NCBI GenBank assembly: GCA_963750165.1
Contig: CAVVPN010000011.1
Span: 96,001 to 160,000 of the forward strand
DNA length: 64,000 nucleotides
Direction of reading: 5' to 3'
DNA from: an uncultured Gemmataceae bacterium
GTDB taxonomy: Bacteria > Planctomycetota > Planctomycetia > Gemmatales > Gemmataceae
In this document: positions 40,200 to 50,250 of the stretch, one piece after another
How positions within the stretch are numbered: the stretch's first letter is position 1
Layout of the letters: each line of letters opens with the position of its first letter
The notes under the pieces: generated by a model
What the model saw: only the letters and a program-made list of their open reading frames with translations
Databases searched by the model: none
What the model was told of the DNA's origin: nothing
Made by a program: the position numbers and the translations under genes

Positions 40200-41048
40200 T
40201 CAGTTGCCGGCGATCTTTTCGTCCACGTGGACCCAGAACGTGGTGCGATAGCGCACGGGGTAGTCCTTGCCGTTGTGCTTGCTAACGCCGCCGTCGATCT
40301 GGCCAGTGATGGCCCACCAACCCGGACTCTGGAGCGTACAGGTGGCGACGCCGTTGGGATCGGTCTTGAGCGTACGGGTAATGTGCTCGTCGGCCGGTAA
40401 TTGTTTGGGCGGGGCGGGATTGAAGCGTTCGACCTCGACGAGGGCGCCGGCAAGCGGCGTGGGGCCTTTGCTTTTCTCGCCGGTGTCGAAGCCGCTCACC
40501 GTCGAACTCAGCAGTTGCGTCTGGAATACCGTGCCAGGTTGTAAGCCGTAGGGTCGCGTCAGCGGCCGCATCCAGAGCCCCATCCAGAGTTTGCCGATGC
40601 CTCCCTGAACGGCGTCAGCGTCCCAGTTCTTCTGGGCCTGGACGTGCAAAACCGCTTTCGCCACATCCATGACAATCACATTGTCTTCTTTCAGGAAAAC
40701 GGGGGCTGCCACCAGGCAAAACGTGTAATCGCCGCGCTGGTTCGGGGTGAACTTGAGCCGATAAGCGACCACTTCCTTATTATCGGGCGTGGCCTGCTTT
40801 ATCTTTTCCAGCTGCTTGGTCAGATTCGCCACCTTGCCATCCGGCGCGATTACGAGCAAGCTTTGCGGCGGCGGCGCGGCGAACAACTGGTGCTCGAACG
40901 GATGACCCCAGCGATAGAGCAGCGTGACTGATTCGTCTTTCTTAACGCTGTGTTTGTCCGGCAGCAGGATGTGGTAGTGCGCCGGGGCGAGCGTCGCGCT
41001 CAGGGTCAGCGTCAGCAGGGCCAGGATGAGGCGGAGCAGGTTGCGCAT
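40200..41048 (-). CDS. DUF4198 periplasmic protein (Ni/Co uptake-associated)
   Basis: Signal ending APA-HYHILLP; WGHPFE; PLTRPYGL; VEVERFN; KTDPNG; GWW. Confidence 0.85.
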   Translation of the reverse strand: MRNLLRLILALLTLTLSATLAPAHYHILLPDKHSVKKDESVTLLYRWGHPFEHQLFAAPPPQSLLVIAPDGKVANLTKQLEKIKQATPDNKEVVAYRLKFTPNQRGDYTFCLVAAPVFLKEDNVIVMDVAKAVLHVQAQKNWDADAVQGGIGKLWMGLWMRPLTRPYGLQPGTVFQTQLLSSTVSGFDTGEKSKGPTPLAGALVEVERFNPAPPKQLPADEHITRTLKTDPNGVATCTLQSPGWWAITGQIDGGVSKHNGKDYPVRYRTTFWVHVDEKIAGN

Positions 41049-41097
41049 GGCGTTGTCACCGGGGCAGTGGAGGAGGGCCAGAACACCACCGGGGTCC

Positions 41098-41124
41098 ATC
41101 ATACGGATTTGAAAATCGTATTAC
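41098..41124 (-). promoter_or_regulatory. Putative NikR-like operator overlapping a -10 box
   Basis: Minus strand GTAATACG-ATTTTCAAATC-CGTATGAT, an imperfect palindrome ending in TATGAT, 50 bp before the DUF4198 start. Confidence 0.55.
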
Positions 41125-41155
41125 CAGGGAACCGAGTGATGGCTCCCCGCCGCTG

Positions 41156-41195
41156 GCCCGCCTGAGTCTGCCGCAAGCGGCAGACCCAGGCGGGC
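41156..41195. repeat. GCCGCAAGCGGCAG-family hairpin
   Basis: GCCCGCCTGAGTCTGCCGC-AA-GCGGCAGACCCAGGCGGGC. Confidence 0.75.
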
Positions 41196-41296
41196 GAGCA
41201 GCGCTCGCGAAAGCGCTTGCCCGGCTGCACGGCCGGCGGTACTGTGAAGACGGCCGCAACCTTGCACCAATCCCCTGTTCCCGGCGGGAGGACCGC

Positions 41297-43173
41297 ATGA
41301 GCCCAGCAGCACCGAACCGCTTACGAGTTGGCCCTGCTCTGGCCCTGCTGGCGACACTGTTGATCGTGGCTGCCGGTCGTGGGCTCGGTCAGGAGGGCGA
41401 AGCGAAACAACCCATCCCCAGCGCGGCGGAGCAGGGCAAGGCGGAGAAGAACCTGCACCGGTTGTTCCAGAAAGACTTTGCGGCAGCCGCGAAGGATCCG
41501 AAGACAGGCCTGCCGCTGGCGCAAACCCTCCTCACCGAAGCGAAGGCCACCCGGGACGAAGCCGCGGTCATGTTCGTTGGTCTGCGCGAGGCCGGTGTGC
41601 TGGCCCTGGGCGCCGGCCAGAAACAGCCCTGGCTGGACGCCGCGGACGCCCTGGCCCAGGAGTTCCCCCTGAGCGTGCTGGCGGCCCGGTCGGAGGTGCT
41701 GGCCCAGGCAGTGCCGCGGCGCTGTCCAGCGATCAGCAGCAATTCCTGACCCAGTGTGGTCTGTCGCTCCTGGACGACGCCGCCCTGCGCGACGACCCGC
41801 ACACCTGGGGCCAACTGCAAGCCACCCTCCGCAAGACCGCCGACGGCTCGGCGTCGCCCCGATGGGTCGGCCTTGTGAAACGGCGGTTGGAGCAACTGGC
41901 TCCGGTCACGGCCGAGCTGGAGCAGCTGCGGGTCGCCCGGCAGGCGCTGCAAAAGAACCCCCGGGACGCCACCGCTCACACCAGCGCCGGCCGGTTCTAC
42001 GCTCTGCGCGGCGCCTGGGGCCGGGCGCTGCCGCTGCTGGCTCAGGGCCGCGACGGCGGCCTGCGCCGCCTGGCCCTGGCGGACCTTGCCTGTCAGAAAA
42101 ACGCGAAAAAGCCGCTGCTGGTCGCGGATGGCTGGTGGGAGCTGGCCGCGGACTTCGAGGGGCCGCTCCGCAAGGAACTGCAGCGGCGCGCGGTCTTCTG
42201 GTATCGGCAACTGCTTGGCGGACTGGATCGGGAGGAGGAAGCCCGCACGGAGCTGCGCGTCGCCAGCATCGGTCTGAGTCCGCACACGCCGCTCGGCCAC
42301 CTCCGCACCTTCACCGGCCACACCGGCGCCGTGCAGTGCGCGGCGCTGTCGCCGGACGGCCGGTTCGTCATCTCGGGCGGCGCGGACAGGGAACTGCGTC
42401 TCTGGAATGCCATCACGGGCGAGAAACTGCAACTATTCAAGGGCCACACCGCCCAGGTCTGGAGCGCGGCGTTCGCGCCGGACGGCAAGCACCTCCTGTC
42501 CTGCGGGGAGGACGGCACCGTCCGGCTGTGGGACGCTGCCACCGGCAAGGCGGTGCGGCAATTCACGGGACACGGCGGCTTCGTCAACGGCGTCACCTTC
42601 GCGGCGGACGGCAAGCGGGCCGCCAGCGTGGGCGACGACCGCTCCGTGCGTGTCTGGGAGGTGGCGACTGGCAAGGAACTGCGACTGCTGGAGGGACATC
42701 GGGCGCCGACGTGGGGCGTGGCTCTGTTCGCGGACGGCGAACGGCTACTCTCCGGCGGCCATGATCGGCGGGTGATCCTGTGGGATGTGGCGACCGGTAA
42801 GATGCTCCGCGAGTTCGGCGGCCACAAGGACGCGGTGCTGGGCGTGGCCGTGACGCCGCAGGGCACGTTCGCCGCCTCGGCCAGCGCCGACCGCACCGTC
42901 GGCCTGTGGGATCTGAAAACCGGCAAGGGCGTCCGGCTAACCGGTCACACGGACGAGGTGTACGGCGTGGCGTTCGCGCCGGACGGCCAGCGGCTGCTGT
43001 CGTGCGGCAAGGATCGGACGATCCGCCTGTGGGACGTGCCCAGCGGCGTGGAACTGCGGCGCTTCGAGGGACACACGGACGAGGTGGGGAGCGTGGCGTT
43101 CTCGGTGGACGGCGTATACGCGCTGAGCGCCAGCCGGGATGGGACGGTGCGATTGTGGGGGTTGCCCAGGTGA
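41297..43173 (+). CDS. Secreted helical-domain plus WD40 protein; frameshift near 41715
   Basis: N-terminal ORF joins the WD40 ORF after a one-base shift with no stop; paralogue of the next gene (GAWGRALPLLAQG vs GRWGEGLRHLEKG). Confidence 0.85.
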
Positions 43174-43213
43174 TCGGGGCCGGGCTTGACCCGGACGTGA
43201 GGGGGGTTTCGCG

Positions 43214-45115
43214 ATGCAGCAAGAACGACACTGGCGCCGGGGGGCGGTCCTCGCCGGCCTGTTGCTCGGCCTGATCGGGGTGCTGGCCAGCGCTGAACCG
43301 GGCGGCCAGAAAAAGAAGCCCGCGCCGAGTGCGGTCGCCCAGGACAAGGCCGAGGCGGTCATCCGCAATATTTTCAAGGCGAAGTACGCGGGCGCCGCGG
43401 AGAACGCCGGCGCCCGCCGCGAGCTGGCCAAGATTCTTTTTGACGAGGGCAAGAAGACCACGGACGACGACGACCTGCGCTTCGTGGCGATCCGCGAAGC
43501 CCGCGACCTGGCCGCCCGCGGCGGCGACTTGACGCTGGCCTTCCAGGCGGCGGACGAGCTGGCGGCCGGCTACGTGGTGGACCTGCCGCACATGAAGCTT
43601 GAGTTGCTGAAGCTGGCGGCCAAACTGGACGCCGGCCCGGACGAGCAGCGCGCCCTGGTGCGGCGCATGCTGCTTGTGGTAGCCGAGGCCGTCGAGCTGG
43701 ACCAGTACGAGGTGGCGAAGACCGCCGGCCAGCTGGCCGAGAGCCTGGCCCGCAAGGCGGAAGCCCATGATCTGATCGCGGAGGCCCACAAGCGCGTCAA
43801 GGCCCTGGCTCAGCAGCAGGCGGCCTTCGAGCAGGTGCGGCCCGCCCTGAAGCACCTGCAAGACAAGCCGGCTGACCCGGCAGCCAACCTGACGGTGGGC
43901 AAGTACCTGTGTTTCATCAAGGGCCGCTGGGGCGAGGGACTGCGGCACCTGGAAAAAGGTAGCGACGCGGACCTGCGCGTCCTGGCCGCCAGGGACGCGA
44001 AGGTGGCCGACGCCAGTACCCCGGAGGACGACGAGGCCCGCGCCGTGGCCGACGCCTGGTGGGACCGCGCCCGCACCGAGGGCCCGGGGGCGGCCGGCCA
44101 GATTCGCCTGCGAGCCTACCGCTATTACAAGCTGGTGCTGCCGCGGCTGGCCGGGTTGACCAAGGCACGCATCCAGGAGCGCGTGCAGGAGGTGCTGGAG
44201 GAGTTTCCGTACCTGGCCTCGGGCCTGCTGCTGACGCTGGAGGGCCACACCCGTGAGGTGCTGTCCGTGGCCGTCACACCAGACGGCCGCCATGCCCTGT
44301 CCGCGAGCTGGGACAAGACCGTGCGCATCTGGGATCTGAGGAAGGGCAAAGAAGTCGGCCGGCTGCTGGGACACAAGGATGAGGTGAACGCGGTGGCGGT
44401 GTCGCCGGACGGCAAGCTGGCCGCGTCCGCCGGAAGCGAGAACACCATCCTGGTCTGGGACATGCAGACGCGGGCGCAGCTGCACGCGCTGACGGGCCAC
44501 ACCAATTCGGTGCGGACGCTGGCGTTCGCGCCGGACTCGACGACGCTGCTCTCCGGCGGCAACGACAACTCGCTGCGATTGTGGGATGCGGTGAACGGCC
44601 AGGCGGTCCACACCATCAGCAACGCCCACAAGGGTTCGACCGAGAGCGCCGTGTTTTCCGCGGACGGCCGCTACATCCTGTCGGGCGGCTGGGACAGCAT
44701 CGTGACGTTATGGGACGCGAAGACCTACAAGCCGCTGCGGACCATGAAGGGACACGAAGGCGGCGTCTACCGCGTGGTCCTGACGCCGGACGGCCGCCGG
44801 GCCATTTCAGGGAGCAGAGACCGGACCATCCGCGTCTGGGACGTGAGCAACGGCGAGGAGGTCCACAAGCTGACCGGGCACGCGGACGACGTGATCGGCC
44901 TGGCAGTGTCGCCGGACAGCCGCCGGCTGCTGAGCGGTGGCGGCGTCAACGACAAGGCCATGCGGTTATGGAACCTGGAGAGCGGCCGCGAGTTGACGAA
45001 ATTCCTGGGTCACACGCACGGCGTCTGGAGCATCGCGTATGCGCCGAACGGCTGGCGAGCCGTGACCGGCAGCGCCGACCACACAGTGCGCGTGTGGGCG
45101 ATCCCGAAGGAGTGA
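43214..45115 (+). CDS. Secreted helical-domain plus WD40 protein
   Basis: Signal peptide; seven GH...WD repeats at the C-terminus. Confidence 0.92.
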   Translation: MQQERHWRRGAVLAGLLLGLIGVLASAEPGGQKKKPAPSAVAQDKAEAVIRNIFKAKYAGAAENAGARRELAKILFDEGKKTTDDDDLRFVAIREARDLAARGGDLTLAFQAADELAAGYVVDLPHMKLELLKLAAKLDAGPDEQRALVRRMLLVVAEAVELDQYEVAKTAGQLAESLARKAEAHDLIAEAHKRVKALAQQQAAFEQVRPALKHLQDKPADPAANLTVGKYLCFIKGRWGEGLRHLEKGSDADLRVLAARDAKVADASTPEDDEARAVADAWWDRARTEGPGAAGQIRLRAYRYYKLVLPRLAGLTKARIQERVQEVLEEFPYLASGLLLTLEGHTREVLSVAVTPDGRHALSASWDKTVRIWDLRKGKEVGRLLGHKDEVNAVAVSPDGKLAASAGSENTILVWDMQTRAQLHALTGHTNSVRTLAFAPDSTTLLSGGNDNSLRLWDAVNGQAVHTISNAHKGSTESAVFSADGRYILSGGWDSIVTLWDAKTYKPLRTMKGHEGGVYRVVLTPDGRRAISGSRDRTIRVWDVSNGEEVHKLTGHADDVIGLAVSPDSRRLLSGGGVNDKAMRLWNLESGRELTKFLGHTHGVWSIAYAPNGWRAVTGSADHTVRVWAIPKE

Positions 45116-45198
45116 TCGGCTTGAGCGGTTCCCCTTGGCCCCGTTGCTGCGAAACGCCAGACTGTTCGGGGATGCGTGTTGCCAGCCGTCCCGGCGCG

Positions 45199-46338
45199 TC
45201 AAGCCGTGATCTCCGCCAGGGCCCGTGCCAGCCGGTCGATGTCGTCCGCGGTATTGAACGGCCCCGGACTGACGCGGACGGTGCCGTCGGGGAAGGTGCC
45301 GAGGGCGCGGTGGGCATACGGAGCGCAGTGCAGTCCCGGGCGGATGGCGATGTCAAACGCCGAGTCGAGAATGCCGCCCAGGGTGGTCGCGTCCAGCGCC
45401 GCGTGGCGGCAGCTGAGCGTGCCGACGCGCCGGCTGGGGTCGCGGTGACCGAACACCTCAAAGCCGCCGATCTCGTCCAGACGCCCCCACAGCCGCTCGA
45501 TCAACTCAACCTCGTGGCGGTGAATCTGTTCGAGCCCCTGCTCCGCGACATAGCGCACGCCCGCGGCCAGGCCGGCGACGCCGAGCACATTGGGCGTACC
45601 GCCTTCGAGAAAGTATGGCAGCTCACGCGGCTGCGTCTCGCTGGCGGAGTCGCCGCCGGTGCCCCCCTCGCGCCAGGGCCGCAGTTCGACGCGCGGCCCG
45701 ACGTACAGCGCCCCCGTACCGGTCGGCCCCAGCAGCGACTTGTGGCCGGGGAACGCCAGCAAATCGATGGGTAATTGCGTCAAATCGATGGGCAGCACGC
45801 CCGCGGTCTGAGCCGCGTCCACCAGGAACAGGGCGCCGTGCTCGTGCGCCAGGCGGCCAGCCTCGACGATGGGCTGCACGGTGCCGAGGACATTGCTGGC
45901 GTGCGTCAGCGCCACCAGGCGCGTGGGATGGCGCAGGGCCTGGCGCAGCGCGTCGAGGTCGAGGGTGCCGCCGGCGTCGCAGGGCAGGCGCGTGAGGGTG
46001 ATGCGGCCGGCGAGTTCCAGGGCACGCAGCGGCCGGCTGACGCTGTTGTGCTCCAGCACGGTGGTGACGACGTGATCGCCGTCGTTGAGGACGCCCTTGA
46101 AGGCCATGTTGAGCGCGTCGGTGCAGTTGAGCGTGAAGGCGAAGCGCTCCGGGCCGGCGCCGTGGAAGAACTGGTTGAGGGCGTGGCGGGCGTCCTCCAG
46201 GGTGCGCTCGGCGGCGACGGCCATTTTGTGACCGGCGCGGCCGGGGTTGGCGAGGCTGGTGCGGGCGCAGCGGTCGAGGGCCTGGTAGACGGCCTCGGGC
46301 TTGGGGAAGCTGGTGGCGGCGTTGTCGAGGTAGATCAT
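45199..46338 (-). CDS. Cysteine desulfurase family (aminotransferase class V)
   Basis: MIYLDNAATS, EHNSV, VDAAQTAG, FPGHKSLLGPTG (PLP Lys), EGGTPN, RPGLHCAP (persulfide Cys). Confidence 0.92.
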   Translation of the reverse strand: MIYLDNAATSFPKPEAVYQALDRCARTSLANPGRAGHKMAVAAERTLEDARHALNQFFHGAGPERFAFTLNCTDALNMAFKGVLNDGDHVVTTVLEHNSVSRPLRALELAGRITLTRLPCDAGGTLDLDALRQALRHPTRLVALTHASNVLGTVQPIVEAGRLAHEHGALFLVDAAQTAGVLPIDLTQLPIDLLAFPGHKSLLGPTGTGALYVGPRVELRPWREGGTGGDSASETQPRELPYFLEGGTPNVLGVAGLAAGVRYVAEQGLEQIHRHEVELIERLWGRLDEIGGFEVFGHRDPSRRVGTLSCRHAALDATTLGGILDSAFDIAIRPGLHCAPYAHRALGTFPDGTVRVSPGPFNTADDIDRLARALAEITA

Positions 46339-46363
46339 GGGGTGGCCCGGGTGGTGGCGAGGG

Positions 46364-46984
46364 TCAGGCGGTGGCGCGCGGCAACAGGTCGGCGACCTGG
46401 AACGTGGCGATTTGCTTGCCGGCGATGACGAGAGGCAGCCGGTCGTCGGGGCCGTAGTCCTGCCGCTGGCGGTAGGCGGGTGCCTTGCCGGCCTTAGGCT
46501 GCGTGTAGGCTTCAACGACGCGGTCCACCAGATTCACGATCCAGTAAACCGGCAGCCGGGCGCGGGCGTACAGACGGCCCTTGTCCGCACGATCGCTTCC
46601 CAGCGTGGTGTCGGCGACTTCCACAACGAGAGCGATGTCTGCGGGTACGGGATGGCGCTCCTCGTAGCGGCGTGCGGGGCCGACCACCACGGCCAGGTCT
46701 GGTTCCGGTTCACTGTCTGAGAGCGTGATCGGTAGCTGAACACGTACGCGCCACTCCTTCGGGAGTGAGTCTCGCACAAGGTCGTCCAGCAATTGCACGG
46801 TGACGGCGTGCGGCGGGTTGGGCGTCATTTTTCGCACCAGGAGCCCTTCGAGCAATTCAATGCGTTCGTCCCCCGGAATGATGCCGGAGTTATTCAACTG
46901 ATGGAATTGTGCGACCGTCAGGCGGTACAGGTTCAGCGCGGTCTCTGTGGCGGGCGCACGGGCTGACTGTTTCACCATCAACAT
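46364..46984 (-). CDS. Uma2 family endonuclease-like protein
   Basis: RIELLEG, SEPEPDLAVV, LVVEVADTTL, DKGRLYARA, YWIVNL; own CAGGAG RBS. Confidence 0.9.
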   Translation of the reverse strand: MLMVKQSARAPATETALNLYRLTVAQFHQLNNSGIIPGDERIELLEGLLVRKMTPNPPHAVTVQLLDDLVRDSLPKEWRVRVQLPITLSDSEPEPDLAVVVGPARRYEERHPVPADIALVVEVADTTLGSDRADKGRLYARARLPVYWIVNLVDRVVEAYTQPKAGKAPAYRQRQDYGPDDRLPLVIAGKQIATFQVADLLPRATA

Positions 46985-47010
46985 GGCAATCTCCTGCCAA
47001 CGACCCCGAA

Positions 47011-48046
47011 TCAATTCCCGATGTACCGCGCGTACAGCGTCCGCGCCCGGTCCACATCGCTGGTGCCCTTGATGATCGCCCGGCCGTCCGGGAACACCGT
47101 GAACTCGTAGCCGTCCACGCTGAACTTCAGCAAAAATCGATTGTAACTCACCTCGCCGAGCGTCCCCAGTTGCCGGGCCATCTCCTCGAAGTTCAGCCGC
47201 GCAGGCGCTGCGCTGCGCCACCTGCACGGCGTTGCGGCCGCACAGGCTGGTGGTGTGCGAACCGTGCTCGCCCTCCAGCCATTCGAAGCGGCGCCGGCCG
47301 CAACACGGGCAGTCCACCTTGCCCAGCAGCGGCGCTACCTTGATGCGGCGGAACTGGTTCTCCCACACGTCCACATAGATCAGGTCACGGTTGATCTGCG
47401 CCCGCTGGCCGGTCAGCAGTTTCAGTGCCTCGGTCGCCTGGAAACTGGCGATGATGTTGACCACCGGCGACAGCACGCCCGCGGTCTCGCACGTGGCCGC
47501 CTCGCCCGGCGCCGGCGCCGCCTCGAAGACGCAGCGCAGACACGGCGTCTCACCGGGCAGGATCGTCATCGTCTGGCCGTGGCTGCCGATGGAGCCGCCG
47601 TAGACCCACGGCTTGCCGAGCTTCACCGCGGCGTCGTTGATGAGATAACGAATCTCGAAATTGTCGGTGCCGTCCAGGATCACGTCGGCGTCATGCACCA
47701 GGTCGAGGATGTTGGTGCGGTCGATGTCCGCGACCACCGGTTCGACGTGGACGCCGGAATTGATCGCGCCGAGCTTGCGCGCCGCGGCTTCGGCCTTGGG
47801 CAGGTTCTCCGCCACGTCGTGCTCGTCGAACAGCACCTGTCGTTGCAGGTTGTGCGTCTCGATGAAGTCGCGATCCACCAGCCGCAGATGGCCGACGCCC
47901 GCCCGCACCAGCAAGTTCGCCAGCACCGTCCCCAGCGCCCCGCAGCCGCACAGCGTCACGTGGCTGGCCAGCAGCGCCCGCTGCCCCGCCTCGCCGATGC
48001 CGCCGAAACGCATCTGCCGGCTGTATCGCTCCAGCGTTGGCTCCAT
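47011..48046 (-). CDS. ThiF/MoeB adenylyltransferase without rhodanese domain; frameshift near 47205
   Basis: RYSRQ, GCGALG, DRD, NLQRQ, DGTDNF, PCLRC, CPCC, LCGRNAVQ; C-terminus VFPDGRAIIKGT...LYARYIGN-stop in the shifted frame. Confidence 0.9.
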
Positions 48047-48047
48047 G

Positions 48048-48425
48048 TCACTCCTGGGTCTCACCGATCACCGTGTCGCCGAAGTCCGTAAAAAAATCCT
48101 TGGTGACGTGTTGCAGCACGTTCATCTCCCCCTCCCCCCAGCCGTCTTGGCGGGCGAATTCGAGCAGGCAAGCCATGTCCTCGCGCACCTGGTCTCGTTG
48201 CGGACCCTTGAGGCGGTGCAAATAGGACAGCATGATTTCCAACGTCAGGGTGGCGGCGTCGGGGTTCACCACGTTCTCCTCGGAAGCGATCAGAAAGACC
48301 AGGGGCTGCAGCGTTGCCAGCAGCAACGGATGCACCGGCACTTCGGGCGGGACGTCCGGCAGGATCGCCGCCCCCTCCGGCACCTCCACCTCCTCGCCGT
48401 GCTCGTCGTGGTCGTGGTCCGTCAT
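48048..48425 (-). CDS. Acidic hypothetical protein with His-rich N-terminus (125 aa)
   Basis: MTDHDHDEHGEE...; ATG 2 nt after the carrier-gene stop; stop 1 nt before the ThiF start. Confidence 0.75.
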   Translation of the reverse strand: MTDHDHDEHGEEVEVPEGAAILPDVPPEVPVHPLLLATLQPLVFLIASEENVVNPDAATLTLEIMLSYLHRLKGPQRDQVREDMACLLEFARQDGWGEGEMNVLQHVTKDFFTDFGDTVIGETQE

Positions 48426-48427
48426 GG

Positions 48428-48700
48428 TCAGCCCCCCGCCACGGCAGGAATGATGCTCAGCTCGTCGCCGTCCTTGACCGCGCTGTTGAGGTTGTCCAGG
48501 TAGCGGATGTCCTCGTCGTTGAGGTACAGGTTGACGAAGCGACGCAACTGGCCGTTGTCGAACAGCCGCGGCGTGAGCGCCGGGTATTTGGTGCCGAGGT
48601 TCTCGACGACCTCCTTCACCGTGCCGCCGGCCACCTCGACGACCGCCTGGCCCTCGGTGTGCTGCCGCATCGGCGTGGGGATGTGAACGCGGATTGACAT
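48428..48700 (-). CDS. MoaD/ThiS/CysO-family ubiquitin-like sulfur carrier
   Basis: IPTPMRQHT...LRRFVNLYLNDEDIR...LSIIPAVAGG, ending in Gly-Gly. Confidence 0.93.
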   Translation of the reverse strand: MSIRVHIPTPMRQHTEGQAVVEVAGGTVKEVVENLGTKYPALTPRLFDNGQLRRFVNLYLNDEDIRYLDNLNSAVKDGDELSIIPAVAGG

Positions 48701-48719
48701 AATGGCTCCGTGGTGAGTA

Positions 48720-48801
48720 AAGACAAATCACGAAAGCACGAAAGGACGAAAACACGAAAAAGACCAATTCATTTTTATTTCGTGTTTTCGCGATTTGTCT
48801 T
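48720..48801. repeat. Tandem-repeat (CACGAAA) hairpin between the thrC-like and carrier genes
   Basis: AAGACAAATCACGAAAGCACGAAAGGACGAAAACACGAAA...TTTCGTGTTTTCGCGATTTGTCTT. Confidence 0.75.
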
Positions 48802-48814
48802 TGGGTTTTGATGA

Positions 48815-50082
48815 TTATACAAGCGCCGGCACCGGCTCCGGCGTCGGGCGCCCTCGACAATGCGCACCACTTCCTTCAGCGACGGCTGGATGACGGCCGG
48901 GCGCTCCAGGCAGCCAGCAACCGCGTCCTGCGTTTTCAGGCCGTTGCCGGTGATGCAGATCACGATTTCCTCGTCGCGCGGCAGGCGGCCCTGCTCAAGC
49001 AGCTTGCGCGTCACCGCCAGCGTCACGCCGCCGGCCGTCTCCGCGAAGATGCCTTCCGTCCGGCCCAGCAGCGCCATCGCCTCGGCGATCTCCGTGTCGC
49101 TCACGTCCTCGCCCCAGCCGCCGCTGTCACGCATCACCTTGATGGCGAAGTAGCCGTCCGCAGGGTCGCCGATGGCCAGCGACTTGGCGATGGTGTTCGG
49201 CTTCTGCACCGGCTCGTGCGTCTCCAGGCCCTTCTTGAACGCGCCCGTGATCGGGTTGCAGCCCGTCGCCTGGGCGCCGTAAATCTTGCACCGGCCGCTC
49301 GGGATGAGCCCGATCTTCTCCAGTTCGTGGAACGCCTTGTGCAGTTTGCCGATCAGGCTGCCGCCGGCCATCGGCGCCACGATGTGCTGCGGCACGCGCC
49401 AGCCCAGTTGCTCCGCGATCTCGTAGCCCATCGTCTTGGAGCCCTCGGCGTAGTACGCCCGCAGGTTGATGTTGACGAAGCCCCAGCCGAACTTGAACGC
49501 CACCTGCGTACACAGCCGGTTTACCTGGTCGTAGGTGCCGTGGACGCCGATCACCTTCGCCCCGTAGATCGACGTGCCGAGCACCTTCGCCGGCTCCAGA
49601 TCGGAGGGCACGAAGATGTAACTCCGCATACCGGCGGCGGCGGCATTGGCGGCGACGCTGTTCGCCAGGTTGCCGGTCGAGGCGCAGCCCACCGTCTCCA
49701 GGCCGAACTCGCGGGCCTTGCTCAGCGCCACCGACACCACACGGTCCTTGAACGACAGCGTCGGAAAGTTGACCGCGTCGTTCTTGACCCACAGCGTCTT
49801 GACGCCCAGCGCTTTGGCCAGTCGATCCGCCCGCACCAGCGGCGTGCCACCGACCAGCGTGCCGACCGTAGGCTCGCCGTCGAGCGGCAGCAGTTCGCGA
49901 TAGCGCCACATGTTGAAGGACCGCAGGCCGATCTGTTCGCGGCTGATCGCCTCGGCAATGGACCCGTAGTCGTAATCGACTTCCAGGGGACCGAAGTCGT
50001 CCTCGCAGAAGTTGCTCGGGCCCTGGGGGTAGGATTTGCCGCACAGGCGACACTTCAAGCCGCGCACAAACGAGTCAGCCAC
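48815..50082 (-). CDS. thrC: Threonine synthase-like fold-type II PLP enzyme (possibly O-phosphohomoserine sulfhydrylase); C-terminal frameshift near 48847
   Basis: CRLC zinc ribbon, GGTPLV, PTLSFKDR (PLP Lys), CASTGN, EGSKT, EGIFAETAGG, ITGNGLK; symbol reflects family only. Confidence 0.85.
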
Positions 50083-50099
50083 GACGGTCCCTCCATTGT

Positions 50100-50140
50100 T
50101 TCCTTCCCCCCTCGCTCCCTGAAGGGGGAGAGGGGAGGAA
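50100..50140. repeat. CCCCTCTCCC-type hairpin in the operon leader
   Basis: TTCCTTCCCCCTCGCTCCCT-GA-AGGGGGAGAGGGGAGGAA. Confidence 0.6.
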
Positions 50141-50196
50141 TGCAAAAGGCGTTTCGGTTTGTCGGCGGGTATTTAGCCAGAGGCGGGAAGGGACGT

Positions 50197-50237
50197 AAAA
50201 AAACGCCCCTTCCCGGTGTTTAGAGAAGAAGAGGCGT
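50197..50237 (-). terminator. Riboswitch expression-platform terminator
   Basis: Minus strand ACGCCTCTTC...GAAGGGGCG followed by a T7 tract. Confidence 0.75.
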
Positions 50238-50250
50238 GCGTCGCACACGA

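Noticed and set aside
41130..41290. Possible cobalamin riboswitch upstream of the cbiM cluster (AACAGGGGATTGGTGCAA on the minus strand)
   Set aside because: No GCCCCCGCNACTGT, GCCACTG or AGYCAG B12-box elements are visible; the main stem is a repeat-family hairpin
46364..48064. Apparent 566-aa ThiF-Uma2 fusion in the ORF track (could be mistaken for a novel E1-nuclease defence protein)
   Set aside because: A shift near 47205 diverts ThiF out of frame; its normal C-terminus and stop (47011) are in another frame, and Uma2 has its own RBS and ATG
48428..48700. Molybdopterin or thiamine biosynthesis role for the MoaD/ThiF pair
   Set aside because: No moaE, moaA, thiG or TPP/Moco riboswitch nearby; the context is a SAM-I riboswitch and a ThrC-like enzyme, though shared use of ThiF cannot be excluded
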